DNA from: Octopus sinensis
Taxonomy: Eukaryota
DNA: 64,000 nt
Reading direction: 5' to 3'
NCBI RefSeq assembly: GCF_006345805.1
Contig: NC_042998.1
Span: 205,096,001-205,160,000 of the forward strand
The notes under the pieces are model-generated. The model was given only the letters and a program-made list of their open reading frames with translations. It was not told the origin of the DNA and ran no database searches. Made by a program: the position numbers and the translations under genes. Below are positions 1-12,540 of the stretch, in pieces (the stretch's first letter is position 1; each line of letters begins with the position of its first letter).

Positions 1-161
1 AACTCAAAACACCATTTGGAACCAGATTGATAAATGGCAATGCATGAAACTTTCGTTCTTTGAGTCACTCTCTGACTTCTGTTGATTAATCATAGAATGC
101 AAAGATGTGTACCTGTTGTGTACATAGGTGGGTATGCAAGTGCACACACACACATCCATTC

Positions 162-193
<32 letters not shown>

Positions 194-1934
194 GGCAGAC
201 CTGCTTGTTTTGATATCCTCATTTCACAAGTAAACCATATATTTATCTGTCATTTGCTTTTGATGGACTTATCCACTGCTGCTGCTGATTGATGATGTAT
301 ATACATTTTTAACTTTCCCCCCTTTTTTTTGTCTTCCCTCCAGTCTCTCTCTCTTCCACAGAACCCTGGGTACCACAGTATTTACCTGTTTATCACAAAT
401 ACCCCTCACCTCCTTTACAACCCTCTTCCCCTGCTACACCCTGTAGTATTTCACAGTAATATAAACAACCACCATTTTGGTGGTGGTGGTCGTGGTGGAG
501 GGGGGGTATTTCTTGTAGGAAGGAAAACAACAGTTGTTGAGCTTAGAGCTTACCTGTTACAAGAATGATGTATGGTGGTGGTGGTGGTGATGGTGGTGGT
601 GGTGATGGTGGTGGTGGTGGAAATGGTTTCCTTTATAATAGTGAGTTTTATGCTGCTGTTGATGTTTAATCTCAGTACAAGCTTATAAATCAAAGCTGTT
701 CCAACTATGACCATTCCATCTATCTTCACAAAGTGTAAGTATAGCCACTACTACTAGATTACATAATATATTCTATTTCTAAGATAATTGGGTGTAATTT
801 GATGGAGAGTTAGCTGTTATTTCTAGCAGTTTGAATGACTTTGTGTTGTGGCGATATCAGCCCCAGCTGGGTTACTTGAAGGGATTAAAGTAGAGGTTAG
901 TAGTAACCCCTCATCCTTTGTTTCTTCATCATCCCCTCCCTGCCTCCAGTGACCCTTTAAATCACAATGTGATGGTGTGGCCCTTCTTGTCACACGAAGC
1001 ATGACAAAAATGTTAAAAACCTAATAAATTGAATCTCGAGTCCAATCGTTGCTGGGAAAGGCATGAATGTCACAGCATCTCATTTATCTCTAGAACTGAG
1101 TTATGCAATGTAGAGACTATTACATAGTCACCCAACTTGCTAGAAATGACAACCAAATCTCCCTCAAATCACCACCTAATTTCTGAAAAAATAAAAGCCA
1201 TAGTGGACAATATGGCTTTGGATATTGAAAAGACAGATGGCTCTGGTTGGAATGTCTTTGATTTTTAAGTCTGGTGGTGTAAAACCAGCCTTGGGTTAAA
1301 CAACAACACTGTTGAAATGGGAACATTGCCAAAGTGTTTGTTTCTCACCTAGAAAACATTTAACCCCATATGGCTACACACACACACACACACACACTCA
1401 TATTACATGCCTACATATATGCCGTCAGTACACAGGTAGTGTGATGTGAAAGAGACAGAGATATGATAGGAGAGCAAATTGATGAAGGAAGTGAGGAGGG
1501 ATGAGTAATAGAGGAGAGTAATGGAGGGAGGAGAATTGTAAGACAGAAAGTTTATATTAATAATCAGGTGATATCCAAATATTATATACCTCAATGGATG
1601 TCCACCACCACCATCGTGTATGCATGTGTATGTATGCATATGTACACCTGTGTGTGCATGTATGGATTATTTATATACATTTATCTGTGTTGTGTATACA
1701 CACACACACAAACATAAATAAGTCACTTTTACATTCCATTTTTAACATGGATTCTATGGCTGGATGCCCTTTCTAACACCAACCATGTTACTGAGTTCAT
1801 TGGGTGCATGTTATTGTAGCACCAGCACCAGAGAGGTTGTCCAGTTTCTGCTAAGACTAAAGAGGCTTCTTGACTCTGTGTTGTCTGAGCTTATCTTTAT
1901 CCTTTGATGTCTATGTAACTAAGTGTAAAGGAAT

Positions 1935-2600
1935 AGCTTATGAGAGCCATGCAAGCCATGTACACAGAGACACTAGGTAAGAGTTAGAAATAAGACATTT
2001 AGCATGCCGATAGGTATTCAACAGGGTTTGGATCTTAGCCCCTTTCTTTTTATCATAGTTCCTCCAGGTCATATCAGAGGGGTTCAAGATTGGTTTTCTG
2101 CAAGAATTTTGTATGCCATTTGAGAGACCGAAAGTAAACCCACAATAAGCAAAACCATTTATCAGTAAAGCAGACAGGACCCTATCAGGGAAGTTAGGGT
2201 CCTGGTTGGTATTCAGAAGGGGTAGGAATTCTATAAGGTGTACACAACACAAACTGTCTGCACTCAAGAGGTGTGGTGGGGCCAGAGGAGGGTGGACAAA
2301 GTTGGGGATTGTATGTGACAGGTGGACAGGCGTGGTTAATGGTGAGAACAACCCCTAAAGGTAATTAACAGCTTGGGTTCTTTAGGGAACCTAATTGAGG
2401 CTGATACAAGACTCGAATAGAAATTGTTCAGTGCTGGGTTGGTTGAATGTTGCTTGTGTAGAAAGAGTGTCATTGCATTGTTGTGAGTCATGTGGTATGG
2501 AGCATGGAACTACATGTGAGGGTGGGAAAGAAATGAAATGCGAATGTTCCACTGGATGACTAATGAACGACAAATGGACTGCAACAAAATCTGAGGATAA
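1935..2600 (+). mobile_element. Heavily degraded RTE LINE ORF2 fragment (RT region, PHD-like remnant, post-RT region)
   Basis: Manual translation gives MRAMQAMY..., IGIQQGLDLSPFLFII and GRNSIRCTQHKL..KRCGG, which align with the better-preserved RTE at 59-61 kb (RAVQALY, VGVHQGSALSPLLFII, GRNSIRCTQCKLWTHKRC). Many stops and frameshifts. Confidence 0.75.
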
Positions 2601-3484
2601 GCAGAATTCACCTTCACTCTCTCTCTCTCTCTCTTGTACTCACCTGTTTTTACCTTGAGAGTTTGCTCTCACACCCTGTCACCACCATCTTCATCTTCTT
2701 TCCAGTTACTACTGCCCACTCTTATGTAATGCAGAGTAGCCATGTGTCTCCTCTATAGTAAAATACCTGTACCTGTCCGTCTGTTGTAGTTTAGCCTTTC
2801 AAAACCTGGCATGAAGCCACCTCCCCCTTTCTCAAATAGCCTCTCCAACCCTCAGTCAATTGTGCTTTTCTGTCCTTATTTTGCAAGCTATTTGGTGACC
2901 TCACTGCTGCTGGTGCCACATCAAAAGCTTCCAGTCCATTTTTCAAAGAGGTTGGCCTTAGGAAGGACACCCAGCCATAGAATCCATGCCAAAGCTGACA
3001 TTGGAGCTTGGCTTAGTCCTGTAGTTTATTGGGTTCTATCAAACCATCCAACTCATGCCAGCATGGAAAACGGATGTTAAAGGATGATAATCATGTGTAT
3101 GGAAAACATTGTTGCATAAAAACATGTCGAGAAATTTAAATGAAGGAACCTGTAAAAGATGAAGACCAAGGTAGACATTGGAAGAAATAGTGGAAGCTGA
3201 GTGTCATAATGTTGTATTTGATAAATGAAATGACCACAGACTATAACAAGTAGGAAGCTGTTGTGGATGGAGAAGTCTCTTCCAATCCATACTAGCATGG
3301 AAAAGCAGATGTAAAAATGTTAAGGATGATATACATACCTGTTTGTGTGTGTATTGCTTGTGAAGTCTGCTTTTCCATGCTTGCTTGGGTCAGATGGAAT
3401 TTGTTGAGGTAGAAATTCTATGGCCAGATGCCCTTTCTGGCACCATCCTTGACCTGTTTCCTAGCAAGGTAATATTTCCCAATA

Positions 3485-3716
3485 GGTGGTGAGCTGGCAG
3501 AATCGTTAGCACGGCAGGTGAAATGCTTAGCAGTGTTTCGTCTGCTGTTACACTCTGAGTTCAAATTCCGCCAAGGTCAACTTTGCCTTTCATCCTTTCG
3601 GGGTCGATAAATTAAGTACCAGTTGCGCACTGGGGTCGATGTAATCGACTTGGTCCGTTTGTCCTGTCCTTGTTCTCTCTGTGTTTGGCCCCTTATGGGT
3701 AGTAAAGAAATAGGTA
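3485..3716 (+). mobile_element. tRNA-derived SINE, family B
   Basis: Head GGTGAGCTGGCAGAATCGTTAGC and B-box-like GAGTTCAAATTCC. The body (GGTCGACTTTGCCTTTCATCCTTTCGGGGTCGATAAA) recurs at about ten places in the window. Confidence 0.85.
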
Positions 3717-3923
3717 ATATTTCCCAATGGTTAGACATTTTTAACAGAATATTGGAAATGAGTGACATTCATTTACCACAATATCCTGTGTCAAAACAAA
3801 AAGACACAAACACACACACACACACACATACATATATACACACATATACAATGAGCTTCTTCCAGTTTTCTTCTATTCAATCCACTCACAAAGTTTTGGT
3901 CAGCCTAGGGCTATAGTACAAGA

Positions 3924-4307
3924 AGTGGAGGCGCAATGGCCCAGTGGTTAGGGCAGCGGACTCACGGTCGTAGGATCGCGGTTTCGATTCCCAGACCGGG
4001 CGTTGTGAGTGTTTATTGAGCGAAAACACCTAAAGCTCCACGAGGCTCCGGCAGGGGGTGGTGGTGATCCCTGCTGTACTCTTTCACCACAACTTTCTCT
4101 CACTCTTACTTCTTGTTTCTGTTGTACCTGTATTTCAAGGGGCCGGCCTTGTCACTCTCTGTGTCACGCTGAATATCCCCGAGAACTACGTTAAGGGTGC
4201 ACGTGTCTGTGGAGTGCTCAGCCACTTACACGTTAATTTCACGAGCAGGCTGTTCCGTTGATCGGATCAACCGGAACCCTCGTCGTCGTAACCGACGGAG
4301 TGCTTCC
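3924..4307 (+). mobile_element. Young tRNA-derived SINE, family D, with 11-bp TSD, nested in a family A SINE
   Basis: A box TGGCCCAGTGG and B-box-like GGTTTCGATTCCC; CpG-rich. Flanked by direct repeats ATAGTACAAGA (3913-3923 and 4308-4318). The flanks are the two halves of a minus-strand family A SINE. Confidence 0.9.
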
Positions 4308-4762
4308 ATAGTACAAGACTTGTCCAAGGTGCCAGTGAGACTGAACCTGGAACCATGTGGTTGGGAAGCAAACCTCTTACCACACAGCCACACACACACA
4401 CACACACGTGTGTGTGTGTGTGTGTAGGCAGACAGGCAACCTCCTCACTAGTGTTGATGTCATGAAAAAATATCAGTGAATGAAGTAATTTGGGAATTAA
4501 TCAGCGACAAGAGAGTGTAAAGAGGAGCTTTTAGTGTGTCTCTTGTGGTGGTGCCATGGTACCAGTGGCCTCTGTAAAATGGCTGGTGTTAGGATGGACA
4601 TCCAGCCATAACTGAGACATTTGTGTCAGATATAGCACACACACACACACACACACACATGTATATATGTGCATGTTTGTACACACACACATTCACACAC
4701 ACTCACACACACATCGTTAGCCACTACACACATTTTTTTCTCTCCTTGTTTTTTCTGTGTCC

Positions 4763-4798
4763 CTTTCTGTAGAAGAGCGTAGACTCGAAACGTAAAAG
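4763..4798 (+). ncRNA. Minimal type-I hammerhead-ribozyme-like motif (Penelope terminal-repeat type), variant core
   Basis: CUUU / CUGUAGA / A / GAGC-GUAG-ACUC / GAAA / CGUA / AAAG. Helix I CUUU:AAAG, short helix II (one mismatch), GAAA, palindromic ACGU in place of helix III. Core has A6 replaced by U. Confidence 0.5.
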
Positions 4799-5164
4799 AC
4801 TTTTTCAATTCCTGAGCGTTATACTAATACATCTGTTTGTTTTGTACACCACCTGTCTTCGTCTTTTGTTTTTTTTGTTGTGAACTCTCCCTATATATTC
4901 ACAGATGAAAGCATGACTTTATATGAATGCATTTATAGGTGTTAATCAATACATTATTGAATATAGATCCACAAATAGACAGATAGATACATAATTGATA
5001 ATTGGTAGACCGACTGATGGATTTCGAGGTAGTTAACAATCTGAGAGAGAGAGAGAGAGAGATAGACATACCGACACATACAAAGATAAGAGAACAGCTG
5101 TTATCAACATTTATTTACAAACTTGTAAAGTGACATAAGCTGAAGAACAAAAAAAAAAGTCAAT

Positions 5165-5410
5165 GTAGGTGCAGGAGTGGCTGTGTGGTAAGTAGCTTGC
5201 TTCCCAACCACATGGTTCCGGGTTCATTCCCACTGCATGGCACCTTGGGCAAGTGTCTTCTACTATGGCCTCAGGCCAACCAAAGCCTTCTGAGTGGATT
5301 TGGTAGATGGAAACTGAAAGAAGCCTGTTGTGTGTGTGTCACTCTCACCATTGCTTGAGAACCAATGTTGGTGAGTTCACATCCCTGTAATCTAGCGGTT
5401 CGACAAAGCG
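5165..5410 (+). mobile_element. tRNA-derived SINE, family A (CORE-like), partial
   Basis: A box TGGCTGTGTGG, B-box-like GGTTCATTCCC, CORE-like GGCACCTTGGGCAAGTGTCTT. Confidence 0.85.
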
Positions 5411-5703
5411 TGATCATTGCAAGAGCGGCTAACTGGTTTCCATGCCAGTGGCATGTAAAAAGCACCATTTGAGCATGGCCGTTGCCAGTGCCGCCTGACT
5501 GGCCCTCGTGCTGGTGGCACATAAAAGCACCCACTACACTCTCGGAGTGGTTGGCGCTAGGAAGGGCATCCAGCTGTAGAAACTCTGCCAGATCAAGATT
5601 GGAGCCTGGTGCAGCCATCTGGCTCGCCAGACCTCAGTCAAATCGTCCAACCCATGCCAGCATGGAAAACGGACGTTAAACGATGATGAGGATGATGATG
5701 ATA
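5411..5703 (+). mobile_element. RTE LINE 3' end with (GAT)n tail
   Basis: GGAAGGGCATCCAGCTGTAGAAA...GGACGTTAAACGATGATG, the same tail as the ORF-bearing RTE copies at 16.8-17.5, 49-50 and 59-61 kb. Confidence 0.85.
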
Positions 5704-6467
5704 CATATATGCACACACATAATCACATGAACACACACACTAAATTGCATATGTTAGCATTCACTGCCTGCTTCACACATGTATACACGCATGTGTGTCT
5801 GTGTGTTGGTATGTATGTGTATGTGTGTATGTGTGAATATATATACCTCAGAAAAGGTAGAAAACTGATATTTTTTTTTTTAGAACTGTCTAAATGTCAA
5901 TGTCCTTTTACCATCATCATCATCACCACCACTGCCACCATCCTCATCATTATCATCACCATCAATGATGTGATTGCTAATTTTAATGATTTGGTTCATT
6001 TCCAGTCTCTCTCATGAAAATTGTTCTAATCTTAACTTTACGAGTTCTACATACAACAGTAGTAGTAGCAGCAGCAGCAGCAGCAGCTGTATATCTGCCC
6101 CTGTCTCAGCTCATGCCATCGGTCATGTTGCTATAAACTTTAATCAAAACACATCTAAACGCTGGCTTTCATCGATTTTAAGCACAATCTCTGAGATGCT
6201 ATTTCAGGTTTTACCATTTTTTACTGGATTATTATTTCACTGATTCCACAAAGATGAAAGACTGGCCTTGGTGAGATTTAAACATAGATGGATGTTTTAT
6301 GAAATAGCTCTTCAGTCAGCAGTCAAGAAAACTAATGTCTAACGATGTACTAATTAGTCTGTGGTATGTTCCTCTGCTTCATTAGAAAATTGGTGTGATT
6401 AGCATACTTACACATGTAAAATGTGGAGATATATATATATATATATATATATTTTATATATATATAT

Positions 6468-6842
6468 ACTCTTTTACTTGTTTCAGTCATTTGACTGTGG
6501 CCATGCTGGAGCACCACCTTTAGTCAAGCAAATCGACCCCAGGACTTATTCTTTGGAAGCCTAGTACTTATTCTATCGGTCTCTTTTGCCGAACCGCTAC
6601 GTTACGGGTACGTAAACATACCAGCATCGGTTGTCAAGTGATGTTGGGGGGACAAACATACACACACACACACATATATACGGCGGGTTTCTTTCAGTTT
6701 CCATCTACCAAATCCACTCACAAGGCTTTGGTCGGCCTGAGGCTATAGTAGAAGACACTTGCCCAAGGTGTGACGTAGTGGGACTGAACCCGGAACCATG
6801 TGGTTTGTAAGCAAGCTACTTACCACGCAGCCACTTCTACAC
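6468..6842 (-). mobile_element. tRNA-derived SINE, family A, near full length
   Basis: Reverse complement runs from the tRNA head through the internal (CA/TA)n to the GAAACAAGTAAAAGAGT tail. Confidence 0.9.
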
Positions 6843-6982
6843 CTATGTATGCATATATGCATACACACATCTCATCATCATTATTTAATGTCCACCTCCC
6901 ATTCTAGCATAGGTGGGACGGTTTCACAAGAGCCGGCCAGGCTGGAGCCTGCACCAAACTTCTGTAACTGTTTTGGCAGGAT

Positions 6983-7235
6983 TTTTACAGCTGGATGCCC
7001 TTCCTAACACCAACCACTCAGCAAAGTGGACTTAGTGCTTTTTATGTGGCAAGGTTTTTACAGCTGGATGCTCTTCCTAACACCAACCACTCAGCAAAGT
7101 GGACTTAGTGCTTTTTATGTGGCAAGGTTTTTACAGCTGGATGCCCTTCCTAACACCAACCACTCAGCAAAGTGGACTTAGTGCTTTTTATGTGGCAAGG
7201 TTTTTACAGCTGGATGCTCTTCCTAACACCAACCA
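6983..7235. repeat. 73-bp tandem repeat (about 3.5 copies) inside a minus-strand RTE 3' end
   Basis: TTTTACAGCTGGATG recurs with its CAG at 6988, 7061, 7134 and 7207. Units alternate GATGCCCTT and GATGCTCTT. Confidence 0.95.
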
Positions 7236-8060
7236 TTTTGCAGTATTGACTGGGTGCTTTTAAGTGGCACCTACACTGACAGGGTCACCAAGTACTTGCA
7301 AAACAAAGAAAAATAACTTTTGAGAGGGGAGGGGGCATTGGAAGAGGTGATCTTGTGTTGGATGATGAAAGGTTGTGGTGAGACAGATACAGGTGTCTTG
7401 CTGTAGATGAGTTACAAGGTTACCTGACCGGTGGGGGAGAGAGAGGGAGAGATCAGGAATGAGGAAAGAAACAGGTGTGCTGCCACAAAGGAGATACATG
7501 GTTACCCAACCCGAAGGAAGTGGAGAGAGAGAGAGAGAGAGAGAGAGTGGGAGACAGCAGGATAGAGATGGTGGCAAAGTGCCAGGCATACGCAATGATA
7601 CAGTGAGACAGGTCATGGGTGGAACACACAGGTCAGAAGCTAGCAGAGAGCAATGATACAGTGGCACAGGGGGAAGTGGACAGGATTGAGGAGTGAGAGA
7701 TAAGCGTAGTGCATGAAGTGGAATTGCGAGGAAAAGAAGAGATGTAGTTTGGTTTGTTGAGGTAGAGTGTGTGAGAAGTTTTCTTGTTAAGTGAGGGTGG
7801 GGCACACAGGGCTTCTAGAACTCAGTTTCACTGATGTGGGCAGGTCTTCTCAAGAACTTCATATCGTCAGACATCTCAGTCCATGGTCATTTCCCCCATG
7901 TGGCCCCAACTTCCTGAGATTGGTCCTTACCACTTCATCCCATGTCTCCCTCGGTCTCCTCCTTCCTTGTGTTGTTTATAGCTGTGCTTGAAAGTAAAAT
8001 GTGTAGAGTGTGGTTGTGTACGCACACCACAGACGTTCCATCAGTGACCATGACAGTGAA

Positions 8061-8091
<31 letters not shown>

Positions 8092-8399
8092 AATGAGACA
8101 TGGCTTGAAAATTATGACCAAGAATCTTTCCAAAAACCAAATTCCATTTGGAAGGAACAAATGTCAAGGAAATCAAAGAGAATGTGATGAGGGAGATGCT
8201 CACTATCCCCAAAAGGAGTTCCAAGAACACTTGTTTCCATCAATGGAAATGATGCTGGAGAAAGTGTGTGGCTCCAGAAGGGGACAACCTCAAAGACCAT
8301 TAAATGCCAAGTTGATGCATGTTGTGGCTGTCTTTTTATGGCACCAGTCCTGTACTTTTGGATCAGAACTTGTATTCCTGGATATATCTGGCAATTTAA

Positions 8400-8960
8400 T
8401 AAAACAACTCTAGTCTTATAAAATTAAATGTATTTTTATTAAGAATGTGCGTACATGTCCTCAATAAACTTCTCATAATCTTATTCTATGAATCCACCTT
8501 TGGCTTTGACAATTGATTCAATGCAGAACTGGAATCATTGACCTCAATAAAAGATCCTTTTTCCATTTCAGACATCAATGGCGCTATTCAGTGCAGCTAT
8601 ATTATTGTGAGAATGGCAATAAGTCTTTCAACAATCCTCCGAATGTAGTAGTTCTTGGGATTTAAATTTGGCGAGTTTGGAGGCCAAAAATTTGGCGTTA
8701 CCTGATCGTAAAGATTGTGTGACATCCATTCTTAGGCTTTATGGGCTTTGTGAAACGTAAATGCTCTTCCACTGCATACCTCATCCATCCAGGGATTAAC
8801 AACTGTCTTTAGGACCATGACATTAATTCCGAGACTCTGTGGAGAGATGTGAGCCACCACGACATGACCTTCATTGCTCATCACTCCTAAAACCACTCAA
8901 GGTGTTGGAACCACTTTGGGACATCAGAAGGATCTGCACATGATCCTCTGTCATTTCTCT
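8400..8960 (-). mobile_element. Degraded IS630-Tc1-mariner (maT-like) transposase fragment
   Basis: Minus-strand translation around 8640-8700 reads TPNFWPPNSPNLNPKNYYI, a decayed WPPNSPDLNPLDY motif; GGFIE* near the 3' end. Confidence 0.7.
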
Positions 8961-9327
8961 TGTTAGAGTTTTGGTCTTGATTGAAGATTTTCATATCAGA
9001 GAAGAATCAAAGCATGCCATGTTTGTCAGCATTTCTAACCTTGCTAAGGAACTCCTTGGCTTCGATTCAATAGTTTTCCTCTCTCTTTGTGTATGTGTGT
9101 GTGTGTACTTTTTTTTTCTTTTACTTGTTTCTGTCATTTTGACTGTGGCCATGCTGGAGCACCACCTTTAGCCGAACAAATCAACCACAAGACTTATTCT
9201 TTGTAAGCCTAGTATTCTATCAGCCTTATTTGTCGAACTGCTAAGTTATGGGGGCATAAACACACCAACATTGATTGTCGAGTGATGTGGTGGGGGGAAC
9301 ACAGACACACAAATACACTCACACATA

Positions 9328-9400
<73 letters not shown>

Positions 9401-9737
9401 CACCTGTCTGTAGAAAATCTGCCTCACAGAATTCAGTTTGGTTCCATGCAAGAATGGAAACAAGGATGTTGGAACAATGATGATGATGACACTGATTTAT
9501 ATACGCTGCCTCTTCCACTCGTATATACACACACTGTGTGTTATATACACTGTCGTGTTTACACTGTTATATACATGTATGTATAAGATATCTTGAGAAT
9601 TTCTTGTATTTTATGGGAGTGAGACAGACAATGCATGTAGTTGCATTAGCCAATGTATCCCTCCTTTTTTCTAAGATAGTAAGATGTGATTTCAAGGACG
9701 GTTAACTGTTATTTCTAGCAGATAAAGTAATTATATA

Positions 9738-9970
9738 TATTTCTTTACTACCCACAAGGGGCTAAACATAGAGAGGACAAACAAGGACAGACAAAGGGAT
9801 TAAGTCGATTACATCGACCCCAGTGTGTAACTGGTACTTTATTTATCGACCCCAAATGGATGAAAGGCAAAGTCGACCTCGGCGGAATTTGAACTCAGAA
9901 CGTAACGACAGACGAAATACCGCTAAGCATTTCGCCCGGCGCGCTAACGATTCTGCCAGCTTGCCGCCTT
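9738..9970 (-). mobile_element. tRNA-derived SINE, family B, full length
   Basis: Reverse complement of the 3485-3716 element with CpGs retained. Confidence 0.9.
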
Positions 9971-10727
9971 TAAAGTAATTATATAGAGACACTCTTGCTG
10001 TCTTGTTAACAGCAATGTTGATGGAAGGCAGTTACAATTATGATGCTGATGATGGTGGTGGTGGTGGCAATGATGGTGGTGGTGGTGGATAGGATGAATA
10101 ATATTCAATGTGATTATAATTGTATGTTGTTGATTGTGAATATAATTTCTGTCAGAAAACTCAAAGGAAAATTATAAATAGACAGACAGGTGGATGGATG
10201 GCTATTTGGATGGGTGGATGGATGGATAGACAGATGGTTGGTTGGACTGGAAAATGGATGGAGAGAGGTAGATAGATAAATATCTAAATGAATAGATATA
10301 TACATAGACTGATAGACAGACATCTGAGATATGTGGAGAGCAAGATTCATAGATACATAGATGGATGGATGGAGAGACAGACAGACAGACAGACAGACAG
10401 GTAGATTGATACAGACCTAGCTAGCTAAGATAAACAAACTGATAGGCAGCAGACAGACAGACAGATTTATAGACAGATAGATAGATAGACAAAGGCATAG
10501 AGAGAAGGGCAGATGGTTGGACACAAAGACAACCAGATATTGTTGTAAACTGCATATTTTATATTTGTTAAAAGAACAAAAGTATTTTGACTTAGTAAAG
10601 AGCCAGGACTGGTGTTGCTGTCACTTGGAGTCCAGGCTTTTGTTTCCATTCCTTGTCTAACTTCTCTCTACTTCAGACACAAATACACTTTGGGGGTTTC
10701 TTCAATTAATCTTCTCTCTTTCTTTGA

Positions 10728-10745
10728 CACACACACACACACACA

Positions 10746-10788
<43 letters not shown>

Positions 10789-10829
10789 GTATACCACTCT
10801 TCCTTTCACTCCCTCTCTCAGACACACCG

Positions 10830-10860
<31 letters not shown>

Positions 10861-11080
10861 TACACACACTATCTCTCTCTCTCTCATACACTCACTCTCT
10901 CTCACACTCTTTCTCTCACACTCTTTCTCTCACACTCTTTCTCTCACACTCTTTCTCTCACACTCTTTCTCTCACACTCTTTCTCTCACACTCTTTCTCT
11001 CATACTCTTTCTCTCACAATCTTTCTCTCTCACACTCTCTCTCTCTCTCACTCTTTCTGTCTCTCTCTCTCTCACACACA
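10728..11080. repeat. Compound (CA)n/(CT)n microsatellite with a 14-bp CTCTTTCTCTCACA minisatellite
   Basis: Direct reading; it explains the ER/SL-rich ORFs in the track. Confidence 0.95.
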
Positions 11081-11810
11081 TCCACCCATTTGAAACGGAA
11101 GTGAGTTATGGCCTGGTAACATGTTGCTTGTTTTTGCTAATTGTTTTAAGTTGCTTTTCTGGTCACCAGGTGTCGACAGAGACAGCCTGTCATCTGTGCC
11201 ATCCTTGACCCAGTGACACATTTATGAAGTGACAGCTGGAGTGAGAGTGAGAGTGAGAGCTGCCACCTCTACTCAGCCACCACTCAGAACATCAAGACAC
11301 TAATGTTTTGCTCAAAGATGCAACAATTTGCCTCTTTATTTTTTTTGATGTGCCATGCTGGAGCACTGCCTTGAATTATTTCTAGTTTAATGGATCGACC
11401 CCTGTACTTATTTTAAACCCGGTAGTTATTCTGTTAGTCTCTTTTTCCCAAACCACTAAGTTATGGGGACATAAACATACCAACGCTAGTTGTCAAGTGA
11501 TGTGGGGGCGGGGGGGACAAACCCAGGCAGAAGGACCCACATATTGAACAGGCTTCTTATGGTTTCTGTCTACCAAATCCACTCAAAGCTTCGGTTCACC
11601 TGAGGCTATAGTAGAAGACACTTGCCCAAGGTACCATGCCATGGAACTGAACCTGGAACCATGTGGTTTGAAAGCAAGCTTCTTACCAGCCAGCCATGCC
11701 TGTGCCTGGCCTAGGAATTGAAACTACTCTCTTACCCTGACCACCAGGCCATGTGTCTTCATACCAGAACATATCTAATAACACGTATAACCAGCAGTGG
11801 AACTCATTAA

Positions 11811-12540
11811 CCCTTTTGACCCCAACCCACCTGAAGCTGACCCTGTTTCTCTCATAAAATTTTATTGTTTTAAAGGGATCTGAATTTAAAGCTTTCCTTC
11901 AAAATCCCATGCAAATCTCTGCTCTTTCACTGAAAGACATTTTATCAGAAACACATTTTCACAGAAGAAAAGAAAGAAGAAAGTGTAAAAGACGGAATTA
12001 CTGAGACAAAGAAACTCCTAACGACTTCACCAAGGAAACAAAGAAAAGGTGGGGTTGGGTGGGGGAGTGAAGCAGCAGAAGATGGCAGGGAGAGAGTAGA
12101 AGTTTGTACTCCCCAGAACAAACGGCGTGTTTAGTCAAGCCTCACAGACATGATTGCAAATGTGTTGCCATGGAGAATGGCCAGTGCCACTCATTGCAGC
12201 AATCATCTCACCTCGAATGGTTTATTTTTCTGACGGGCTGCAGTCATCCCAATTTTGCAAAGGAAACCAACAGAGCAGGGTCCAAGAACACCAGACATCT
12301 CGACAGGGGTTGCCACAAACTGATAGCAGCCAGTCAGGCCTCTTTCTCTGCATTACGGGCTGCAATACCTGGGTTTGCAGCCAGGGAACATGTCACAGCA
12401 TGTTGCATCCCACATTAGGGATCTGCACCCAAATTCCAGTTTAATAATGACAAAATTATTTTAATAAACTCTTTATTGTTTTCAAAATTAAATTGAAATA
12501 AAAGCCATGGATTTCAAGAGAAATCTGGGAGTGAAAGGGA
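11811..12540 (+). mobile_element. Putative non-autonomous piggyBac-like element
   Basis: TTAA|CCCTTT at the left (11807-11816) and AAAGGG(A)|TTAA at the right (12534-12544). Internal frame LFLCITGCNTWVCSQGTCHSMLH resembles a piggyBac C-terminal Cys-rich domain. Confidence 0.5.

Noticed and set aside
660-845. Unique conserved element
   Set aside because: The same motif (GATTTG..GCTGTTATTTCTAGCAG) recurs at about 9.7, 13.3, 13.8 and 24.9 kb, so it is an unclassified dispersed repeat.
3924-4000. Functional tRNA genes at SINE heads
   Set aside because: The heads have A/B boxes but no complete cloverleaf or acceptor stem, and they continue into multicopy SINE bodies.
10612-11208. Long SL/TH/ER-rich ORFs (likewise YI-rich, CV-rich and poly-S/H/L ORFs elsewhere, e.g. 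31843-32377)
   Set aside because: Translations of microsatellites, with no domain content.
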